64,000 bases of DNA from Patescibacteria group bacterium (GTDB lineage: Bacteria > Patescibacteriota > WWE3 > UBA101185 > UBA10185). The position numbers and the translations under genes were made by a program. Every line of letters starts with the position of its first letter. The stretch's first letter is position 1. Below the pieces are notes generated by a model. The model was not told the origin of the DNA. It was given only the letters and a program-made list of their open reading frames with translations, and searched no databases. The DNA lies in assembly GCA_041658075.1 (NCBI GenBank), contig JBBAAW010000001.1, positions 24,778-88,777 on the forward strand. Direction: 5' to 3'. Positions 42,634 through 52,549 of this stretch are shown here, in pieces.

Positions 42634-43409
42634 ATATATGCAACTTCGCGCTTTGGTAAAGCGTAAGCTCCCTTTAAGCCTAAAATTTTAATACGCAAAA
42701 CATCCCGTGCCATTTTATAAGAGTTAGCGAGGATGTTTAGACGGGTTGTTGGTACATAATTCCATTTTACAGGTATGTCTTTAATTTTATATCCCATTTG
42801 TCTGGCGCAGTATAAAACCTCCACATCAAAAGCACCAAAAAAAGGTCTGTCTATTTGAGGTAAATTGTCGCCGTATACTATCAGATGACTGAAGACTTTT
42901 CTGGCCACATCCCCTTTAAATAATTTAAATCCGCACTGTGTGTCTTGAAAGTCTAAGCCGATGACGGTTTTTACCAAAAGATTGAAAACTCTACCCATAA
43001 TATGTCTGTATAATGGTTCGTCCTGTCTTTCTGCCCCAATACCCTCACGGGAAGCTATGGCGATATCAAAGTCATTATCGTTTATCCATGTGGCAAGTCT
43101 CTTTAATTCTTCCAATGGGGTTGCCATATCGGCGTCCATCATTAAAACCATCTTGCCCGATGATTTTAACACGCCGGTTCTTATTCCTGCGGCCTTGCCT
43201 TTATGGACATTTTTTACGAGCTTTATTTCCGGGTGGTCTTTAGCGTATTCTTCAACAACCTCGGCAGTTTTATCTTTGGATCCGTCGTCCACCACAACAA
43301 TCTCAAACGCCGGTGCAAACTGATTCATAAAAGAAAGGGTTTGCGTTAATGTTTTAGTTATTCGCGATTCTTCGTTGTACGCGGAAATTACTATTGAATA
43401 GTCAATCAT
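42630..43409 (-). CDS. Dolichyl/polyprenyl-phosphate beta-glucosyltransferase (Alg5-like GT2)
   Basis: AYNEESRI, DADMAT, DTQCGFKLF, FDVEVL. Confidence 0.85.
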   Translation of the reverse strand: MIDYSIVISAYNEESRITKTLTQTLSFMNQFAPAFEIVVVDDGSKDKTAEVVEEYAKDHPEIKLVKNVHKGKAAGIRTGVLKSSGKMVLMMDADMATPLEELKRLATWINDNDFDIAIASREGIGAERQDEPLYRHIMGRVFNLLVKTVIGLDFQDTQCGFKLFKGDVARKVFSHLIVYGDNLPQIDRPFFGAFDVEVLYCARQMGYKIKDIPVKWNYVPTTRLNILANSYKMARDVLRIKILGLKGAYALPKREVAYI

Positions 43410-43417
43410 TACGTTCC

Positions 43418-44542
43418 TTATTGCATCCTTTTTCGCCAGATAATTCTACTATATATCATATAATTCCACACCAACCCAAATGCTACGCCAATTAAAAATC
43501 CCGCGTTGGCCACTACTGCTTTGTCGCCCAAGGCTTTAACAAAAAGGTCAACCAGCTGACTCCTAAACAAGATTGGAATGATGGATAACACAGTGTAGAC
43601 AACAAAAGTACCTAAGATTTTCACCAACCCGTTAATTCTTCTTTCTCCAAACGACCAGATATTATTTAAAGTAAAAGTGACCATTATAGCAATAAGTCCG
43701 GAGATTACGGCAGAAAGGGAAGAGTCAAAAAGTGTTACTCTAAAAACATTAAAAAGGGTAGCGTCGGTTATAAAGCCTGCTACGCCTACACACAAAAATT
43801 TCACCAGGTTTTTGTTTTCATTAATTCTTATGGAAAGTACGACTTTAAGCGAGTCAAGCGCGTTATTACTTTGCATTTTGGAGTCGCCCCTGTCGCGCAA
43901 ACCAAACTCAATGGGAACCTCCGCAACTTTGGCGTTTAATTTATACATTTTGTAGAGAAGGTCAATTTTGTAGGCAAAGCCTTTGGACCGAACAGACTCC
44001 AAATCAAGTCGATCCAGATAATTTTTTACGCGTGACGCTTTAAAGCCGGAAGTAAAATCAGAAACGTTGTATATACCCAAAACTATTTTGGAAAAGATGT
44101 TGCCTCCCACACTCCAAAATTTTCTATTTAAACCCCATTCTTTGGGGATAGAACCACCCTTGGTAAAGCGGGATCCTATTACATAGTCGTAACCCTGCTC
44201 TATTTTTTCTACAAAGCGGGGAATATCGTTGGGATTGTGCTGAAAGTCGGCGTCCATTTCTATTACGACATCTGGGTACAGATTTTGCAGGGCGTATTTA
44301 AAGGCGTAAATATAAGCTCCGCCCAGTCCGGATTTTTCTTTTTCCATTAACAGATGGACATTGGGGTGTTTTTGCGACAATTCTTTTACCGCCTCACCAG
44401 TCCTGTCTGGTGAGTTTCCGTCGACCACTAAAATATGACACTCGTGGTGGGGTATTTTGACAAATGCCTCCAAGATAGCAGGTATGACTTTTTTGATATT
44501 TTCTACCTCGTTATAGGTTGGTATAACAACAATAATTTTCAT
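43418..44542 (-). CDS. Polyprenol monophosphomannose synthase-like GT2 fused to a GtrA-like domain
   Basis: IPTYNE, DGNSPDRTG, MDADFQH, TSGF; C-terminal 4-TM region with KFLCVG..FTLNNIWSF..WNY. Confidence 0.85.
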   Translation of the reverse strand: MKIIVVIPTYNEVENIKKVIPAILEAFVKIPHHECHILVVDGNSPDRTGEAVKELSQKHPNVHLLMEKEKSGLGGAYIYAFKYALQNLYPDVVIEMDADFQHNPNDIPRFVEKIEQGYDYVIGSRFTKGGSIPKEWGLNRKFWSVGGNIFSKIVLGIYNVSDFTSGFKASRVKNYLDRLDLESVRSKGFAYKIDLLYKMYKLNAKVAEVPIEFGLRDRGDSKMQSNNALDSLKVVLSIRINENKNLVKFLCVGVAGFITDATLFNVFRVTLFDSSLSAVISGLIAIMVTFTLNNIWSFGERRINGLVKILGTFVVYTVLSIIPILFRSQLVDLFVKALGDKAVVANAGFLIGVAFGLVWNYMIYSRIIWRKRMQ

Positions 44543-44796
44543 ATCAATGATATACTGACAAAAAGCATGGCAAAGACAAAAAGCGAGAGTGAAATGTACT
44601 CAAACATCACATGCCTGTTGAGTCTTTGCTCTAAAAGCCCGTGAATTATACCCCAAGAGCTATAAAAAACACAGCCGAAAAAAGCGCTTACCATTTGATA
44701 AGTGGGATTTTGGTAAAAGTATAGGAAAAAGAAAAAGCTAGACAAAAGCCCAAAAGCCAAAATTAAATAATGATATAAATGCGAGCTTCTATCCAT
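44539..44796 (-). CDS. Small 3-TM membrane protein
   Basis: Y..WGIIH..EY; tightly coupled to its neighbours. Confidence 0.75.
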   Translation of the reverse strand: MDRSSHLYHYLILAFGLLSSFFFFLYFYQNPTYQMVSAFFGCVFYSSWGIIHGLLEQRLNRHVMFEYISLSLFVFAMLFVSISLI

Positions 44797-45699
44797 CTAA
44801 ATTATCCTTCCGGGTCCCAAGGAAAAATAAACCGCACTAATAGCAAAAATTAAAAAGAGCATATGGGCAAAAGAATGACCTGTAAATTTTAAGATAGCAT
44901 GTTTTCTTGAGTACCACATATCTAAAGCAAATAAAATAAAAACGAGCGATGCGAAGCTCACTAAAAATGTTTTGGTAGTGGAATATACGTTGACCCCATG
45001 GGGCGATGGCTGCGGCGGCACTTGGATGGCGGGGGCAGTTTTTTCCGTAGGTGTAGTATTGACGGTTGGTGCTGTAGCAGGGCGTGTTACGGCGTTTTGG
45101 TCGGCACCCTTAACCGCCACTTGTGCGGGCGCGCCACGGGTTTTTCCAAACATCTGTATTACTAAAGTAGTTTCGTAGTCGTCCAAAACGCCATTGATTA
45201 CCGCAAACCCAACATCGGTGTATTTATCGCTAATTAAATTTTCCCTATGTGACGGCGATTTATACCACGCATCCACCACATCCTTTGATGCGCCAAAGTT
45301 CTTAGCCAAATTCTCTCCTGCGTACAAGTAGTCGTAATCTTGTCCCACAATAAAACTCCACGGATCTGTTCCATCCGGGGCAACATGCGCCCAATAATTA
45401 TGTTTAAACATATACTCGGCTTTTTTTTGGGCGGCAGTAGTAAGCTTGGAATTTATTGTTAACCCACTCACACCAGCAGTCGATCTTTTATTATTGGTGT
45501 ATTTTAATAAGTCGCTAATATTTATATTGCTGGCATAACTTAATACACCCGGCAAAACGGCGGGAATTTCCTTAAAGAAAGTGAAAAAAGTCAAAAGGGT
45601 TAACGAATACAACAAAACGGCTTTACTTTGCAGTAGCGTGGCTCTTTTCTTATGTATTGGATGCGGAAGTATGTGGTGCTTTAAGCGTTTAATATGCAT
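44797..45699 (-). CDS. CAP/SCP domain membrane-anchored protein
   Basis: YWAH, AGENLA, WYKSPSHRENL. Confidence 0.9.
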   Translation of the reverse strand: MHIKRLKHHILPHPIHKKRATLLQSKAVLLYSLTLLTFFTFFKEIPAVLPGVLSYASNINISDLLKYTNNKRSTAGVSGLTINSKLTTAAQKKAEYMFKHNYWAHVAPDGTDPWSFIVGQDYDYLYAGENLAKNFGASKDVVDAWYKSPSHRENLISDKYTDVGFAVINGVLDDYETTLVIQMFGKTRGAPAQVAVKGADQNAVTRPATAPTVNTTPTEKTAPAIQVPPQPSPHGVNVYSTTKTFLVSFASLVFILFALDMWYSRKHAILKFTGHSFAHMLFLIFAISAVYFSLGPGRII

Positions 45700-45731
45700 T
45701 GATTTTTATTATACACTTGCTTGCAATATTT

Positions 45732-45827
45732 TTGACACTCCTCTGACAATATGGTAGTGTACTACTTGGAACCCCCCAAGTCGGCGGGTTTTTTAGTCTG
45801 CAGGATGCAGACAACTGTCAAAAGGAG
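45732..45827 (+). promoter_or_regulatory. greA promoter and structured leader
   Basis: TTGACA-17-TAGTGT; hairpins ACTTGG/CCAAGT and GTCTGCA/TGCAGAC, U-tract, AAGGAG SD. Confidence 0.5.
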
Positions 45828-45832
45828 TCAAA

Positions 45833-46315
45833 ATGAACCGTTCTATCAAGGATGTTAATGTTAACATCATTCTAACCAAAGAAGGGCTTGCAGAGCTCAA
45901 AAAAGAGCTAAAAAATTTAATAGACGTTAAGCGACCGGAAGTGGTGCAAAAAATTTCCATTGCACGGGACATGGGCGACCTTTCTGAAAACGCAGCCTAC
46001 GTTTCTGCCAGAGACGAGCAAGCTTTTATAGAAGGTCGAATTGCTGAGCTGGAAGAGATTGTAAAAAACGCGGTGGTTTCTAGCGGCGCGCCTGTAAAAG
46101 GAGTGATTTCTGTGGGTTGCAAAATTAGAGTTCATGTAGACGGGGTGGAAGAAGAATTTTGTTTGGTTGGCGGACCGGAAGCTGACCCTAAAGAAAAAAA
46201 GATTTCTCACGAGTCACCACTTGGTAAGGCTTTAATGGGTAAAAAAGTTGGCGACAAGGTGGAGATAGAAGCTCCCATAGGCAAGCTCGTTTACACAATC
46301 CTTTCTGTAAGCTAA
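45833..46315 (+). CDS. greA: Transcription elongation factor GreA
   Basis: GDLSENAAY, ISHESPLGKAL. Confidence 0.97.
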   Translation: MNRSIKDVNVNIILTKEGLAELKKELKNLIDVKRPEVVQKISIARDMGDLSENAAYVSARDEQAFIEGRIAELEEIVKNAVVSSGAPVKGVISVGCKIRVHVDGVEEEFCLVGGPEADPKEKKISHESPLGKALMGKKVGDKVEIEAPIGKLVYTILSVS

Positions 46316-46324
46316 AATCGGCAC

Positions 46325-47803
46325 ATGTCATCACTAAGAGAATTGCGTGAAGCCAAATTGGAAAAGTTGCGTGGGCTTATTGAGTTGGGTGTGGATCCCT
46401 ATCCCCCCTTTAATTTTCGTTTTCAAAAAATTGGGGAAGTTTGTACTGATTTTGACTCTCTTGTTGGAAGGAAAGTCTCTGTTGCAGGAAGAATTCGATC
46501 ATTAAGAGCTCACGGTAAGGTATCTTTTATTGACATCGAGGATTACTCGGGAAGAATCCAGCTTATCGTAAAATCTGACAATTTGATAAGCGCCGATTAC
46601 AAGAATAATTTACTCGGATACATAGACTTGGGTTTAATTGATGTTGGTGATTTTGTCTCTGTTTTGGGAAATGTTATAAAGAGTGTAAGCGGTGAGAAAT
46701 CCGTTGAAGTAACAGAACTAAGATTTTTAAGTAAATCCTTGCGTCCCATACCCAGTGATTGGGAAGGTTTAAAAGATGTAGAAGAAAGATATCGACTAAG
46801 ATATCTGGATTTTTTGGTAAACAGGGGTTCGCGTGAAGTGCTTGACAAGAGATGGACAATCGTTCAAGAGACTAGGACTTTTCTTTGGAAGGAGGGGTTT
46901 TTGGAGGTTGAAACACCGATACTTCAACCTCTTTACGGTGGAACTAACGCCAAACCTTTTGTTACCCACTTCAATTCTTTAGATAGTGATTTTTATTTAA
47001 GAGTTGCTCCGGAATTGTACTTAAAAAGACTTATTGTTGGCGGTTATGAAAAGATCTTTGAGATAGCCCGTAACTTTAGAAACGAAGGCATCGACCATAC
47101 CCATTTTCCCGAATTTACTATGCTTGAGTGGTATGAAGCTTATTCTGACTACAACAGGGTTATGGACTTGGCCGAGGCCCTGTTAAAGCATTTAGTCCAA
47201 AAGATTCACGGCTCTTTAAAACTTACTGTAAAAGGTGTGGAAGTAGATGTTTCTGGTAATTGGCCAAGGATTACCGTAGATCAAGCTTTAATGGATTATT
47301 TGGGTATAGACTGGATTAGTGCATCGGATGAAGAGGCTAAAGCTCTTCAGAAAAAATTCAATGTATCTGTGAGGGGAACTTGGAGTAAGGATAAAGCTCT
47401 TTTTGCAATTTATGATCATGATATTACCCCTAAACTCGTTAATCCAACGTGGGTGATTGATTACCCTTTGGGAGTAAGCCCACTTTCCCGAATTCACAGA
47501 TCAAAATCAACAAGGGCAGAAAGATTTGAAGGGTATATCGGCGGTGTAGAGATTTTTGATGGTTGGACGGAGATTGCCTCTGGTCCTGAGCAAAGAGCAC
47601 GTTTTGAAAAAGAGCAAAAAAACATGAAGGATGGCGACACCGAGGCTATGTTATTGGATGAAGATTTTATTGAAGCATTGGAGTATGGGTGTCCACCGCT
47701 TGGGGGAATTGGTTTTGGTATAGACAGAATGGTTATGTTCTTAACCGATACATGGGCTATTAAAGACGTATTAAGTTTTCCAACTTTAAGACCTAAAAAT
47801 TAG
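46325..47803 (+). CDS. lysS: Lysine--tRNA ligase (class II)
   Basis: RYRLRYLD, LRVAPELYLKRL, FRNEG, GIGFGIDR. Confidence 0.97.
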   Translation: MSSLRELREAKLEKLRGLIELGVDPYPPFNFRFQKIGEVCTDFDSLVGRKVSVAGRIRSLRAHGKVSFIDIEDYSGRIQLIVKSDNLISADYKNNLLGYIDLGLIDVGDFVSVLGNVIKSVSGEKSVEVTELRFLSKSLRPIPSDWEGLKDVEERYRLRYLDFLVNRGSREVLDKRWTIVQETRTFLWKEGFLEVETPILQPLYGGTNAKPFVTHFNSLDSDFYLRVAPELYLKRLIVGGYEKIFEIARNFRNEGIDHTHFPEFTMLEWYEAYSDYNRVMDLAEALLKHLVQKIHGSLKLTVKGVEVDVSGNWPRITVDQALMDYLGIDWISASDEEAKALQKKFNVSVRGTWSKDKALFAIYDHDITPKLVNPTWVIDYPLGVSPLSRIHRSKSTRAERFEGYIGGVEIFDGWTEIASGPEQRARFEKEQKNMKDGDTEAMLLDEDFIEALEYGCPPLGGIGFGIDRMVMFLTDTWAIKDVLSFPTLRPKN

Positions 47804-47816
47804 TAGAAAGGAAAAT

Positions 47817-48419
47817 ATGTTTACAAAACAAAACGCTTTAGATTTATTGCATGAGCATATGCAAAATGTGAATTTGCGTAGGCACTGCTACTCAGTGGGT
47901 AAGGTTTTAGCCGTATTTTATGACTACTTCAAGGAAAAAGGGATCCCGGCAAATTTTTCTGATATGGGAAATTTGAGTAGGGAAGAATGGGAAATTGTAG
48001 GTATACTACATGACGCAGATTGGGAAGTTACCGCTAAAGATGAGTTGAATCACACAAGAACTCTACTGAATTGGGTAAAAGACCGAGATTTGCCGGAAGA
48101 AGCGCTTAATGTTTTTAAGTCGCACAACAATAGGACAACTGGACTGCGAGAGCCCCAAACTTTACTAGAATGGACTTTGGAGTGTTTAGATGAGCTTACT
48201 GGCTTTATGGTGGCTGTGGCGCTAATGATGCCGTCCAAAAAGCTAGAAGAAGTTACAGTGGAAAGCGTAGTTAAAAAGTTTGCCAAAAAAGACTTTGCCA
48301 AGGCCGTAAACAGGGATCAGATAACGCAATGTGAACAGAAGTTAGGCATTCCTGTAAATGACTTTGTGACGATCACGCTAAAAACTATGCAGGACAACCA
48401 CGAGTTGTTGGGTCTATAA
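47817..48419 (+). CDS. HD domain hydrolase
   Basis: LRRHC, GILHDAD, DELTG, FAKAVNR. Confidence 0.88.
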   Translation: MFTKQNALDLLHEHMQNVNLRRHCYSVGKVLAVFYDYFKEKGIPANFSDMGNLSREEWEIVGILHDADWEVTAKDELNHTRTLLNWVKDRDLPEEALNVFKSHNNRTTGLREPQTLLEWTLECLDELTGFMVAVALMMPSKKLEEVTVESVVKKFAKKDFAKAVNRDQITQCEQKLGIPVNDFVTITLKTMQDNHELLGL

Positions 48420-48426
48420 TTAGGGT

Positions 48427-49767
48427 ATGTTAGACATTAAATTCATAAGGGAAAATTCAGAGAAAGTTAAAGAGAATATAAAGAATCGTGGATTGGCGGG
48501 CCCACAGTTTGAGGTGGACGACTTTTTAAGAGTCGACGAGAAGAAACGATACGTGATGACGGAAATCGAAGGGTTGCGTGCGTTGAGAAATAAGTTGTCG
48601 GATGCTACGGGCAAGCCCTCGCCGGAAGCCATTGAAGAAGTCAAAAAAACTAAAGAGCAAATAAAGGTTTTGGAGGTCGACTTGGAGGAACTTAATAAGA
48701 AATGGCAGTGGCACATAGATTGGTTTCCCAACATGCTCGATGAGAGTGTTCCTGCGGGAAAAGACGAAGATGGCAATGTGGAGGTAAAAGCGTGGTCGCC
48801 GGATCGGAGTTACTTTGCTAAAGATGAGCTGGGTAAAAAAGACTTTTCTAAAGAATGGATGCCAAAGTTAGCTTTTGAGGGTAAGGATCATTTAGATCTG
48901 GGCGAGTCGCTGGATATTATTGACAACAAACAAAGCGCTATTGTTTCCGGGAGTCGATTTGTATATTTAAAAAATGAAGCCTCACTTTTGCAGTATGCTC
49001 TTTTTGAGCACTTAAAGGCTAAGCTCCTCGCGGAGGGGTTTATTCCCATGGTAGTACCGCTGATGGTGCGCAAAGAAGCCCTTTTTGGAAGCTCCCATTT
49101 TCCGGGTGATGAAGAACAGGTTTATCGGGTCGACAAAAAAGGTTTGGAAGAACAAACGGATTTATATTTGGTAGGATCGTCAGAGCCATCGCTTTTTGCC
49201 TACTATATGGGGAAAACCGTACTGGAAAAAGACTTGCCCCAAAAGTTTTTTGCCGTTACTACATGTTTTAGAACGGAAGTTGGTTCTTGGGGTAAGGATG
49301 TGCGTGGTATTAAGCGCGTCCACCAGTTTGACAAGTTAGAGATGGACTTAATTTGTCACCCAAACGAGTCGGAAAAGATGCACGCGTATTTGTTATCCAT
49401 TAATGAATGGTTTTTGCAGTCGTTGGAGATTCCGTATCATGTTATCTTAAAATGCTCGGGTGATGCGGGTTACTTTGCCACTTCTAAACAATACGACTTT
49501 GAAGCTTGGCTGCCGTTTAGTAAAGAGTATATAGAGCTTGGAACTGATACTAACGCTAAGGACTATCAAGCCCGTAGATACAACACAAAGTTTAAGACCC
49601 GCCAGGGGGAAACCGACTTTGTTCATAATGTTAACGACACGGGCTGTGCGGTGGGTAGAACTCTAGTAGCAATACTGGAAAACTATCAGCAACAGGATGG
49701 AAGCGTAGTAGTGCCAAGAATCTTGCGTCCGTACCTAAATGGTCTTGAGATAATTAAGCCAAAATAG
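48427..49767 (+). CDS. serS: Serine--tRNA ligase
   Basis: MLDIKFIREN, CFRTEVGS, RVHQFDKLE, LENYQQQDG. Confidence 0.97.
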   Translation: MLDIKFIRENSEKVKENIKNRGLAGPQFEVDDFLRVDEKKRYVMTEIEGLRALRNKLSDATGKPSPEAIEEVKKTKEQIKVLEVDLEELNKKWQWHIDWFPNMLDESVPAGKDEDGNVEVKAWSPDRSYFAKDELGKKDFSKEWMPKLAFEGKDHLDLGESLDIIDNKQSAIVSGSRFVYLKNEASLLQYALFEHLKAKLLAEGFIPMVVPLMVRKEALFGSSHFPGDEEQVYRVDKKGLEEQTDLYLVGSSEPSLFAYYMGKTVLEKDLPQKFFAVTTCFRTEVGSWGKDVRGIKRVHQFDKLEMDLICHPNESEKMHAYLLSINEWFLQSLEIPYHVILKCSGDAGYFATSKQYDFEAWLPFSKEYIELGTDTNAKDYQARRYNTKFKTRQGETDFVHNVNDTGCAVGRTLVAILENYQQQDGSVVVPRILRPYLNGLEIIKPK

Positions 49768-49781
49768 TAATATAAGGACAA

Positions 49782-50471
49782 ATGACTATCTTTGACGGCA
49801 TTAAAATGCCAAAAACCGTATACGAGGTCGACTCAGAATTTAATGGAAAAATTAGTGTAGTAGAAATTGGTTCCACAAGAAGATTATATGTAGACGGGAT
49901 AATACAGTCAGTGAGTTGGGATTCTCCTAATGCCAGTAGACAGGTCTGGGGGCGGTTGGTGGAAAACCTACACGATCAAGCGCCCGATTTAAAGAAGGTT
50001 ATGGTTTTAGGTTTGGGTGGTGGTTCCATGCAGCATTTATTAACAAAAAAATTTCCGGGAGTTCATCTTACCAGCGTGGAAATTGACAAAGTTATGGTGG
50101 ACGTGGCTAAAAAGTATTTTACGTTGGATGAGATCCCAAATCACAGAATTATTGTGGCCGACGCTTTAAAGGTGATTTCCGTGCCGGAAGAGTATGGAAT
50201 TCCCCAACAAAGCTTTCAAGCAGTAATTGTAGATATTTATTGTGGTCAAAAGTACCCTGATTTAGGTACCAGCGGGAATTTTTTTGCCGGAGTTAAGAAT
50301 TTAGTGATACCAGGTGGTTTAGTGGTTTTTAACCGAGTATATTTAGAACATCATCAGGAGCAGGTTAATCAGTTTATTGACTCTTTAGAAGGCTTCTTTA
50401 GCAATGTAAAATCCGTGATTATTGCCGGTCGTACCAACTCAGACAACGTTATTGTCTTCTGCCGGGTTTGA
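49782..50471 (+). CDS. Spermidine-synthase-like SAM methyltransferase
   Basis: VLGLGGGS, VEID, IVDIY. Confidence 0.8.
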   Translation: MTIFDGIKMPKTVYEVDSEFNGKISVVEIGSTRRLYVDGIIQSVSWDSPNASRQVWGRLVENLHDQAPDLKKVMVLGLGGGSMQHLLTKKFPGVHLTSVEIDKVMVDVAKKYFTLDEIPNHRIIVADALKVISVPEEYGIPQQSFQAVIVDIYCGQKYPDLGTSGNFFAGVKNLVIPGGLVVFNRVYLEHHQEQVNQFIDSLEGFFSNVKSVIIAGRTNSDNVIVFCRV

Positions 50472-50555
50472 CACTATAGGTCTTTTATTGTAAAATACAC
50501 CGTTGTTATAAAATTTCTCCCTGTCTAACTAATTAAATATGCAAAGGTTTTTGCT

Positions 50556-51218
50556 ATGCAAATAGATCTACAAACAAATGAACAATTAACAAACGTACTT
50601 CACAGTGCGGAGAATATTGCGATCATTCCAGCTAAAGGTGCGGGTGTTGATGCCTTCTGTGCCGGTGTTGCTGTGCATATCATGCTAAAGAGTTTAGACA
50701 AGAACTCAAAAATTTTGTATCCGGGAAGCATGCCGGAAAGCTGTAAAGATCTTTTTGTAAATATTCTTAAAGAGTCGGACATTATAACTACTTTTGCTCA
50801 AAGACAACTTACGGTTTCTATTGACTATTCAGGGGAGCACGACGCTAAAGCCTGGTATGAGCCGGAAGGGGAAACTTTAAAGGTAAAACTTGCGCCTGTG
50901 AGTAAAGATTTTGACCCCGCTTTAAAGGTTCGAGCCAAACTTGATACGGGTTTTGATTTTGATACCGCTATAATTTTAGGTGCTAATGAGCTTGAAGATT
51001 TAGGCTATGTTTATGCTGAAATTCAGCGCGACTTGGCCAAAGCCACCATTATAAATATTGCTAACTCCAGCAAGAATAATAGATTTGGGAGCATAAATGT
51101 GATTGATGCTACCTGTGATTCAGTAAGCCAGTTAATAATTAAAAGAGCTCCGCTTTGGGAGTTAAACATAACTACTCAGGCTGCTCAGGCTTTGCTTTTG
51201 GGGATTACACAGAAATAG
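50556..51218 (+). CDS. Degenerate DHH-family (NrnA-like) N-terminal domain protein
   Basis: IINIANSSKNNRFGSINVID aligns with INIDHH..N..FG.IN.VD but lacks DHH. Confidence 0.65.
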   Translation: MQIDLQTNEQLTNVLHSAENIAIIPAKGAGVDAFCAGVAVHIMLKSLDKNSKILYPGSMPESCKDLFVNILKESDIITTFAQRQLTVSIDYSGEHDAKAWYEPEGETLKVKLAPVSKDFDPALKVRAKLDTGFDFDTAIILGANELEDLGYVYAEIQRDLAKATIINIANSSKNNRFGSINVIDATCDSVSQLIIKRAPLWELNITTQAAQALLLGITQK

Positions 51219-51483
51219 TTAACGTTTCGGAAACAAGGTCGCCTATTTCAAATGTACAGAAAGTAGGAAACCGGTCAGTAAGAACAGTTTGTAGGGTAAA
51301 AGAATCGATGAGTTTCAGCCCTTTATAGAGAATATAGTCTGTTGAGGTACCGTCGGCTGCTGTTGGGTTGTCTATCCCTACAATTTCTAAACCTTTAGCA
51401 ATAAACTCTGGAAACAGGTTGCTGTATTCTTTAGGTGGGTAGTTAAAGTCTTGATTAGCATAAGTAGATTGTAGCACGAGCAT
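51205..51483 (-). CDS. Hypothetical protein or gene fragment
   Basis: 92-aa ORF filling the gap; no recognisable motif. Confidence 0.35.
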   Translation of the reverse strand: MLVLQSTYANQDFNYPPKEYSNLFPEFIAKGLEIVGIDNPTAADGTSTDYILYKGLKLIDSFTLQTVLTDRFPTFCTFEIGDLVSETLTISV

Positions 51484-51570
51484 GAGACGGTAAGCGAGGA
51501 TTTTATAGGTTTGGTTCTCTTCACTTCGATGACCAAGCTGTTATTGCTTTGTGCATGTTATAATTGCCCC

Positions 51571-52545
51571 ATGAAAATAATGGTTACTGGGTGTGCCGGG
51601 TTTATCGGTTCCCATCTATCCGAGAGACTTACAAGTTTGGGACATGAAGTTATTGGTGTAGATAAATTCTCGGATTACTACCCCGTCTTTCTCAAAGAAC
51701 TTAATGCAAAAGATTTAGAGTCTAAAGGTGTAAAAATATACAAGCGCGATATATTAACCAGCGATTTAACCGATATTTGTAAAGACATTGATTTTGTATT
51801 TCATCTTGCCGCCACGCCTGGGATTTCAGATAAAATACCTTACGAAGAGTATTTAAATAACAACGAACTGGCTACCTTTAAACTTCTTCAGCATTTTAGG
51901 AAGTCGCCGAATTTAAAATGCTTTTTTAATATCTCTACCTCCTCGGTTTATGGTGCTTTTGCGACTGACGCAGAAAACGCGGATCCAAAACCCACCTCTT
52001 ATTATGGTGTTACTAAACTTGCCGCGGAGCAACTTGCTTTATCATATAGCCGTGAGGAAGGTTTCCCTGCTTGTTCATTTAGATTGTTTTCTGTGTATGG
52101 AGAAAGAGAAAGACCCGATAAATTTTATCCAAGATTGATTATGGCTTTGTTGGAAGGTAGGGAGGTCCCTCTTTATGAGGGCAGCGAAAAGCATATTAGA
52201 AGTTATACTTATATTTCCGATATAATTGATGGTTTTATACTTGGGCTTGATAAATATAAAAAATGTTGTGGTGAAATCTTCAATTTGGGGACTGATAAAA
52301 CTAACACAACAGGTGATGCTATGCGCATTGCTCAAGAAATTGTGAATAAGCCACTAAAGATAAAAAGATTGCCAAAGAGAACTGGCGATCAAGAAAAAAC
52401 TTCCGCAAATATTGAAAAGATAAAAAGAGTATTAGGATACGCGTCGGATACTACACTAGAAGAAGGATTGGAAAAGGATATCAGCTGGTTTAAGAATAGG
52501 ATACTTGGGAAATATAACTATTGGGAAGAGGTTTTTGGAAAATAG
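51571..52545 (+). CDS. NAD-dependent epimerase (UDP-glucuronate 4-epimerase-like)
   Basis: TGCAGFIGS, STSSVYG, YGVTK, RERPD; start moved to ATG 51571. Confidence 0.88.
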   Translation: MKIMVTGCAGFIGSHLSERLTSLGHEVIGVDKFSDYYPVFLKELNAKDLESKGVKIYKRDILTSDLTDICKDIDFVFHLAATPGISDKIPYEEYLNNNELATFKLLQHFRKSPNLKCFFNISTSSVYGAFATDAENADPKPTSYYGVTKLAAEQLALSYSREEGFPACSFRLFSVYGERERPDKFYPRLIMALLEGREVPLYEGSEKHIRSYTYISDIIDGFILGLDKYKKCCGEIFNLGTDKTNTTGDAMRIAQEIVNKPLKIKRLPKRTGDQEKTSANIEKIKRVLGYASDTTLEEGLEKDISWFKNRILGKYNYWEEVFGK

Positions 52546-52549
52546 GTCT

